A DNA stretch of 64,000 bases from Pseudomonadota bacterium (lineage in GTDB: Bacteria > UBA10199 > 2-02-FULL-44-16 > DYJF01): the NCBI GenBank assembly GCA_043823065.1, contig JBDRBB010000001.1:123045-187044 (forward strand), in the 5' to 3' direction. Below the pieces are notes generated by a model. It saw only the letters and a program-made list of their open reading frames with translations. It did no database searches and was not told where the DNA came from. Position numbers and translations under genes: made by a program. Each line of letters opens with the position of its first letter. Position 1 is the stretch's first letter. Below, one piece after another: positions 58,470-64,000 of this stretch.

Positions 58470-59679
58470 CACCATGACTATAAACTATGAGCTTTGTCCT
58501 AATCTTTAATCTGGGAGATATCCTATCAATTTGGTTCAAGAAATCTTCGATTTTTGAATAAAATAGCCCTGCATACTCTATAACGGTTGACTCTTTTGTA
58601 GAATCAATTTCAGAACCAATATGAAGCAGTATATCATTTCGCTTATACCCGCTGATTGGAAAATCTTCAATATAAGCCTCAGAAATATCTATTCTAAATA
58701 CAGCCCTCTTATCTTGGTCTGTATTAAAATAATATTTGAAAGTATAATTATCTGTATCAAAATTTTGAAACACTTTTACTTCAATTACTTTTTCTATTTT
58801 TATTGAAAAATAATTATTTAGACTATCTAAAAACAACTTATTCCAGTTATCCATCCAGTCATTCAATTCTTCGACTCTATAATATAGATGAGATAAATCT
58901 GCTTTCAAAGCTTTTCCTCCATCACCTATATCCTGCAGTCTTTCTTTAAGTTTTTTAAATAAGCTTGGGTAGCTTCTATATTCATGACCTTTTTTTTCAA
59001 GATACTTAAGATTAGGAATTATCCCTTTTTTTAGATACCAAATAACATCAAATATATCTCTACCTTTATAATTTGCAGATAGAGCTTTGCCACTATCATC
59101 AGAAACACAATAATTAACTCTATTTAGTACAGCCGCAATCTTGCTCGCCATCAAAGTAGATATTGGATATGTCCTTAGGTTAAAATTATAATACTCGCTT
59201 CTTTTAGAAATAAGTATCTGCTGGAAACTAGTTGTATCAAATTTATTAAAATCTAGCCTTACTTTTAGTTTTGTGAATCTTACATCTGGTATTTCAAATT
59301 TGTCTAATCCTGAAAAAGTTATCCATATTACACTAGTGTCTTTTTCTTGGCTCGAACTGGCATTAACACCTAACTGGTTATAGCCATATTTATTTTTGAA
59401 GTAATGAATTATTTCTTTTTCAAAACTTTGATAATCAAATGGAAAATCTATTTGGAAATCTAAATCAACAGACATTCTTGGTAAATTATATATTATTTTT
59501 AAAGCAGATCCTCCATACATTACACAGTTTTTATATATTTTATGGGAAAATAAAAAATCTAGAATAATAAGGTGAAGCGGATCACCTTTGATTAGGTTTA
59601 AGATTTTCTGTCCATGAATTGAATCTTTTTTTAGTTCCTTAATTTTATTTATTAATATCTCCTCTAAAATGCTTTTCAT
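58396..59679 (-). CDS. AbiEii-family nucleotidyltransferase toxin with C-terminal extension
   Basis: GGSAL..IY.LPRMSVDLDF, MASKIAA, KGRDIFD. Confidence 0.88.
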   Translation of the reverse strand: MKSILEEILINKIKELKKDSIHGQKILNLIKGDPLHLIILDFLFSHKIYKNCVMYGGSALKIIYNLPRMSVDLDFQIDFPFDYQSFEKEIIHYFKNKYGYNQLGVNASSSQEKDTSVIWITFSGLDKFEIPDVRFTKLKVRLDFNKFDTTSFQQILISKRSEYYNFNLRTYPISTLMASKIAAVLNRVNYCVSDDSGKALSANYKGRDIFDVIWYLKKGIIPNLKYLEKKGHEYRSYPSLFKKLKERLQDIGDGGKALKADLSHLYYRVEELNDWMDNWNKLFLDSLNNYFSIKIEKVIEVKVFQNFDTDNYTFKYYFNTDQDKRAVFRIDISEAYIEDFPISGYKRNDILLHIGSEIDSTKESTVIEYAGLFYSKIEDFLNQIDRISPRLKIRTKLIVYSHGEYDNDMIVSFANKELETCQFEDLL

Positions 59680-60290
59680 ATTTCTATCTCCGAATTTGTA
59701 TATTGCTTTATCAATTTATTAAAATTTGCCCTATCCTTTTTAGATAATTCCTGTACATCAATGCGTAAGATATCAAAAATTGTATTATCAATTTTATTTC
59801 TAAACCTATCTGTAGCAAAATATAAATAGTCAAAAATACACTTAAAATTTGTGGCAATTAGAAATTTGTAACTTCCTTCTGTTTGAGTCTCATAGAAATC
59901 AAATAAATCATCTTTAATAGAACGATATATATATATCCCCAATTTTGTATTATAACTTCTGGTAACCTTATTTGTTACTGATGTAACTGTATGAGCTATC
60001 GTTTCTGTCATCAGCCCATAAAACTGCATGGCACTTTCAAGGCTGATGTATGAGGGAGCTCTTAAATGATTGGCAATATTGAATAGGTAGGAAATATTTG
60101 ACTTATCTTTCTTGAATTTCTCTTTATGAATATAAAAATCTCTTTTTAACCTTACTATAGAGCTATCCTTTATATAAGCATTAACCGAATGATCTGATAA
60201 ACCAAAGCGATCCATATTAGTTTTTAGCTGTTCTTTATTAAAGAAAGGATACTCAATAAATCCATCTAATATGGTTTTTTTTCGTTTCAT
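59676..60290 (-). CDS. AbiEi-family antitoxin/regulator
   Basis: IVRLKRDFY, PSYISLESAMQFYGL, TSVT, IFDYLY; 4-bp overlap with the toxin gene. Confidence 0.85.
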   Translation of the reverse strand: MKRKKTILDGFIEYPFFNKEQLKTNMDRFGLSDHSVNAYIKDSSIVRLKRDFYIHKEKFKKDKSNISYLFNIANHLRAPSYISLESAMQFYGLMTETIAHTVTSVTNKVTRSYNTKLGIYIYRSIKDDLFDFYETQTEGSYKFLIATNFKCIFDYLYFATDRFRNKIDNTIFDILRIDVQELSKKDRANFNKLIKQYTNSEIEI

Positions 60291-60326
60291 ATATAGTATA
60301 TTATAATACTATATGTGAAATGTCAA
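60291..60326 (-). promoter_or_regulatory. AbiE promoter with overlapping inverted-repeat operator
   Basis: TTGACA at 60326-60321; palindrome ATATAGTAT-N6-ATACTATAT at 60291-60314 abuts the ATG. AbiE operons are known to be autorepressed via inverted repeats. Confidence 0.65.
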
Positions 60327-60438
60327 AGCTATAAAAAATAGAACTTTAAAATATATAAGTTCAGATAACATACTGAAATCATGTGCATTATTAAAATGCT
60401 TCTGAATTGTAATAATAATAACTACATCTAGCTCATCA

Positions 60439-60690
60439 TTAATCAGCCTTTAGATCTGGAAACAGTTTTTTCAAAATTTCTTTTGCTCTTTTTAAACCCA
60501 TATCTGTGATATAAAATGACTTGCTTCCTCTTTTTTGAAAGATCAAATCTGCTTCTTGCAAACAATCAATAACCTCAAATGGATAGCCTTTCCAAGTTCG
60601 ATGAACTTTACTGTCCAAAGTCCCCTCTTCCCAAGAATCCATAAATGCAATAGCCAATACTAAATCTGAAAGAATTTGTTCGTGCTTCAT
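60439..60690 (-). CDS. Small winged-helix-like protein (DUF6429-like)
   Basis: RTWKGYPFEVIDCL...SKSFYITDMG; AAGGAG RBS before ATG 60690. Confidence 0.65.
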   Translation of the reverse strand: MKHEQILSDLVLAIAFMDSWEEGTLDSKVHRTWKGYPFEVIDCLQEADLIFQKRGSKSFYITDMGLKRAKEILKKLFPDLKAD

Positions 60691-60763
60691 GATATTCTCC
60701 TTAGCCAAGAATTTATGAACTACAACAAAAATCAATCAAATTTGTTGTTGATTGTGAGACTGG

Positions 60764-60958
60764 GCTGATAACTCTTTTGTCACCCAAATCACATTTATAA
60801 TTTGATTGCTATTCAGAATGGTGCTAAGATGCCCATAAAATATGGGCTCGCTGGCAGGTATGTATTATGTCTGGTGAAGTTTGTTTAAAGTAAATCCTCA
60901 AACTGACAAGACTCCAGTTCTTTGTTAGCAAAACTGACTATCATATTATTATCATATT
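60764..60958. repeat. Copy 2 of duplicated segment with dif-like half-site and 3' remnant of an abiEii paralog
   Basis: TTATGTCTGGTGAAGTTTGTT at 60865-60885; 60885-60958 mirrors the last ~24 codons of abiEii. Confidence 0.88.
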
Positions 60959-61356
60959 GACCTTCCCCCAATAATTGGGCCAGATTTAAGTTCCGTAATT
61001 CATCAAGCACATATTGGTGTTTCATTGTTCAGTGAGCTGTGAGGTCGATTAAAATTATAATCTTCGTGGGCCTTACCAGTTTTTTGACAACACATCCTTG
61101 ATTGCTGTTATCTCTAACGCTTGATCTGCCACAATGCGCTTTAATTTGCGGTTTTCTTCTTCTAAAGCCTTTAATCGCTTGGCATCTGGTATGCTCATAC
61201 GCTGTATTTAAGCCGCCATCTGTAAAGACTCTTGTCAGTAACTCCATATTTGCGGCTTACTTCGCCAACACTTAAGCCCGCTTCCCACTCCTTGTTTTTT
61301 GCTATATGCTGGATTTACGGAACTTGTAAATGGCCTACTTTTCGGGGGGAAGGTCA
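60958..61356 (-). mobile_element. Internally deleted IS3-family (IS407-like) element with frameshifted orfA remnant
   Basis: Terminal inverted repeats TGACCTTCCCCC...GGGGGAAGGTCA; remnant EVSRKYGVTDKSLYRWR / DAKRLKALEEENRKLKRIVAD; AAAAAAC slip site; orfB missing. Confidence 0.88.
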
Positions 61357-61381
61357 AAAGCTGTTAGTCAGATTGACTCTA

Positions 61382-63580
61382 TCAATCTCGAGTGTAAAGT
61401 CCTAACACCTGCATAAATCTTTCTACATATTCCTCAGCTTCAGTAGCAAGCCTTTCAGATCGAGATAAAAGCTCGCTACTTACTTGACCTGCTCTAGCTG
61501 ATAATGCATCAGAAAAATCCCTAGTCATTATTCCTCTTAATAGAAGTGATCGATCTAAGTTTGCTTCTAGCGCAGGTAACATAAAAGATGCTTTATCTCC
61601 TAACTCAATAATGCCTTGTACACTTTTTATTATATCATGACGATTCCGTGATATAATATTTTCATCTAATCTTTGTATGGGAAAATTTTCATCTAATGCT
61701 TGTAAAGCTCTGAATATCTCAACATGATTATCATTTTGACGTCTTGAAAGAATTGGATCGATATCATTTGCAATAAATGTTCGCAAAAAAACCATTATTC
61801 TTTCTACAGCCTCTTGTTCCCCAATTGCCTCATACATTTTAATTGCTCCAGATAAATTTATGATAAGGCTATCAATTGCTGATAACACAGGATTTTGACC
61901 ACTCATATAGTGAAAGCTTCCTATCCTTCCCATTAGCTCATAAATATAAGCCAGTGCGTGAATTGATGTATCTTCTGGAGCTAAGGTTCTTTGATTAAAA
62001 AGAGAGGCTTCTTGTGCTAAAGTTTGCCCTCTTAATAATTGAGTTTCAATCTGTGCAACAATATTTGTTAATGGTCTTATTAGATTCCAAAGATCTCCTG
62101 TTATGCCAGACTCCCTAAAAACCCTGACATCTCCAACCCTTTCTTCAATTTGACGGCCTAAATAAAGGGCAACTCTTAGCATATCTCTTTCACGTATCTT
62201 TATTCCTCCATTATTCCATGCTAATTCCAATATGTCGATTAGCTGTCTTAAATATGCTAACCCTTCCTCTCTATTATAGCTTTCTAATGTGCTGTTAATA
62301 GTAGCAATTAATCCTTCGCTTTGTTTAATACGATGAATTCCTGATTCAAGCATTTGCACAGCGTCGAAAGGTGATAATATCTTTGATCCAGAACTTGTGC
62401 CTAGGGTACCACCAGTAAATAAGCATGCTGATGTTAATGCTGTTTGACGGCCAAAATTAGAAAGACCAGCAGAGATCATTTGAGACCATCTAGAGCTGTT
62501 CTCTAATGCTAATCCTAGTATTGATCTTTCTGGACTTGTTATGGTTGTAGTTGATGGTGTTGCTCTTGTGTTTTGTAAAGATAATATCCCTCGCGCTTCA
62601 GTTAATAGATTTTGAAAAAAGAGATACATCTCATTTCCCCTTCTTGAACCCTCTATTCCAACCCTTCCTAATAGCACTAATAGATCATCTGCTAATGGGA
62701 TTATCCTTCTAGCTGATTCCTCTCTTATTACCCTGTCTCCTGCTTCTCTCATTAAAGACAACTCTCCTCTTATCTCTCCAAATAATCTATATATTGACCT
62801 TGTTAATTCTGACTCTCTTATATTTTGTATTGCCTCTCCTCTTTGTCCCCATCTAGTTAATATTGGTAGGCCTGATGCTACTGCCATTGCTATTCCCCCA
62901 CCTATGCTCCTTAATCGTTCAGATCTATCTGCTCCATTTGAGGTATTATTTAATCCCATTATACCAAAGCCTGCTTCTCCCAATCCAAGGAACAATCCAA
63001 CCCATCCCATAAATGAACATATTCTCATAATTGTTAATGGAGATGATACCCTTCTTAATACTAATAATCCTGCTATTGTTAGCATCAAGCCAACTGCACT
63101 TGGAGTATCGCTAAAATCAAAGAGTCTATCAAATGCCCCAGCTCTTAAATATTCCCAGTCATTATATCCTGCTATTGCTCCTCTTGGTTCTCCTTCTAAC
63201 CATATATCCATGGCATCTTGTAAATCAGTTTCATTCATCTGGTTATATAAAATAGCCTCTACTATATCTATTCCTTGGTCTGGACTAAAATATCCGCTTC
63301 TTCGTGCCTCACTAATAAGGCGTCTAGATTCATCATATCCTAAAATTCTTCGTAGCTCACAAGATAATTCGATCCTTGTATCTGTCTGATGTGCCCTTCT
63401 GAGAATAGTATTTATATCCTGTCGATTATCTCCAGGTATGTTTAGGGTGTTAGTTAGAAAATCTACTGCATGACTACGTATATTATTTGATTCTTCTTGT
63501 GGGGTAACTGATCCTCTAACTCTTGCTGGATCTATCCCTAGCGCCATACCCATCCTGCTTATTTCACCTATAGAAACCAT
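61382..63580 (-). CDS. Orphan helical protein with hydrophobic segments, Arg-rich and lysine-poor
   Basis: 732-aa ORF, AAGGA RBS; hydrophobic stretches at aa ~160-240; no family recognised. Confidence 0.75.
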   Translation of the reverse strand: MVSIGEISRMGMALGIDPARVRGSVTPQEESNNIRSHAVDFLTNTLNIPGDNRQDINTILRRAHQTDTRIELSCELRRILGYDESRRLISEARRSGYFSPDQGIDIVEAILYNQMNETDLQDAMDIWLEGEPRGAIAGYNDWEYLRAGAFDRLFDFSDTPSAVGLMLTIAGLLVLRRVSSPLTIMRICSFMGWVGLFLGLGEAGFGIMGLNNTSNGADRSERLRSIGGGIAMAVASGLPILTRWGQRGEAIQNIRESELTRSIYRLFGEIRGELSLMREAGDRVIREESARRIIPLADDLLVLLGRVGIEGSRRGNEMYLFFQNLLTEARGILSLQNTRATPSTTTITSPERSILGLALENSSRWSQMISAGLSNFGRQTALTSACLFTGGTLGTSSGSKILSPFDAVQMLESGIHRIKQSEGLIATINSTLESYNREEGLAYLRQLIDILELAWNNGGIKIRERDMLRVALYLGRQIEERVGDVRVFRESGITGDLWNLIRPLTNIVAQIETQLLRGQTLAQEASLFNQRTLAPEDTSIHALAYIYELMGRIGSFHYMSGQNPVLSAIDSLIINLSGAIKMYEAIGEQEAVERIMVFLRTFIANDIDPILSRRQNDNHVEIFRALQALDENFPIQRLDENIISRNRHDIIKSVQGIIELGDKASFMLPALEANLDRSLLLRGIMTRDFSDALSARAGQVSSELLSRSERLATEAEEYVERFMQVLGLYTRD

Positions 63581-63669
63581 AATAATCCTTTTTTAAATGT
63601 TTCCTTAATATTTCTTAAATAAAGAATCTATAACATCATTTATATTAAATTTCTATTATCTCTTTAACT

Positions 63670-63696
63670 TTATCGTCCTATTGAAAAAAAAGTTGA
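63670..63696 (-). promoter_or_regulatory. sigma28/FliA-like promoter
   Basis: TCAA-N15-GACGATAA versus consensus TAAA-N15-GCCGATAA. Confidence 0.55.
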
Positions 63697-63871
63697 GCAT
63701 TATTTTTTGATCTGTTACCGCAACGTTAGAATGTCCTCCCTATTGCAACACAAGAATGTCCTCCCCCTTGTATAACATCTTGTTTTTATTAGGTTTATAT
63801 TTATAGCTCCCGATTTCCCTGTTTTTATAATAGAAAGGGGTCAAGTATTTTTTAGAAGGGTCTAAAAAGGG

Positions 63872-64000
63872 TCAACGCTTGACATTTGACAATATTTGAT
63901 CGAGTTCAGCCATCTCCTTTTTACCAATATTATAACGCCGTGCTGCTTTGCTCACCGCTGAATAGCTCACTTTAAACTCTTCTCCTATCTCCTTCAATTT
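63872..64000 (-). CDS. 3' end of an HTH-containing protein, possibly the C-terminal domain of a RAYT-like Y1 transposase
   Basis: KLKEIGEEFKVSYSAVSKAARR...VKR-stop, followed by repeated (T/A)GACCC motifs. Confidence 0.5.
   Translation of the reverse strand, partial: KLKEIGEEFKVSYSAVSKAARRYNIGKKEMAELDQILSNVKR

Noticed and set aside
55964..60885. Integron attC cassette array
   Set aside because: No integron integrase and no RYYYAAC/GTTRRRY-bounded hairpins; the sites fit the 11-6-11 dif layout better.
61029..61247. 72-aa ORF as an independent gene
   Set aside because: Off-frame reading of the decayed IS3 orfA.
62904..63389. 161-aa + strand ORF
   Set aside because: Antisense shadow of the 732-aa gene.

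Overview
AT-rich bacterial chromosome segment. Gene content (AddAB, DksA, pdxJ-acpS-nnr-tsaE, sigma54 sites, MYXO-CTERM-like proteins, c-di-GMP-I riboswitch) suggests a deltaproteobacteria-like lineage; this is inference. Bases 1-54.5 kb are mostly housekeeping genes (purD/purE, tsaC, dciA, dksA, addAB, dinG, ssb, tRNA-Cys/Leu, pyrEF, hpt, treT, OPT, miaB, tilS, ftsH, folP, glmM, pdxJ, acpS, nnr, tsaE, lpdA, lysC, comEA, recG, lipA, shc). Main findings: (1) Two paralogous giant Cys-rich surface proteins with MYXO-CTERM-like tails, behind a sigma54 site and followed by a beta-barrel/OmpA protein, form a TraA/TraB-like module. (2) Three families of REP-like palindromes occur across the window. 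One pair brackets a small GIY-YIG nuclease, and copies sit in frame inside lpdA, recG and a giant surface protein. (3) A c-di-GMP-I riboswitch with an expanded P3 and a terminator lies upstream of dciA. (4) An unexplained structured ~300-nt element lies at 36.3-36.6 kb. (5) From 55.9 kb, dif-like Xer sites partition an IS91/ISCR-type HUH transposase, an AbiE toxin-antitoxin pair, a duplication and an IS3 remnant. Two orphan, almost lysine-free proteins with sigma28-like promoter motifs flank this region. All calls come from reading the sequence; no database searches were run.
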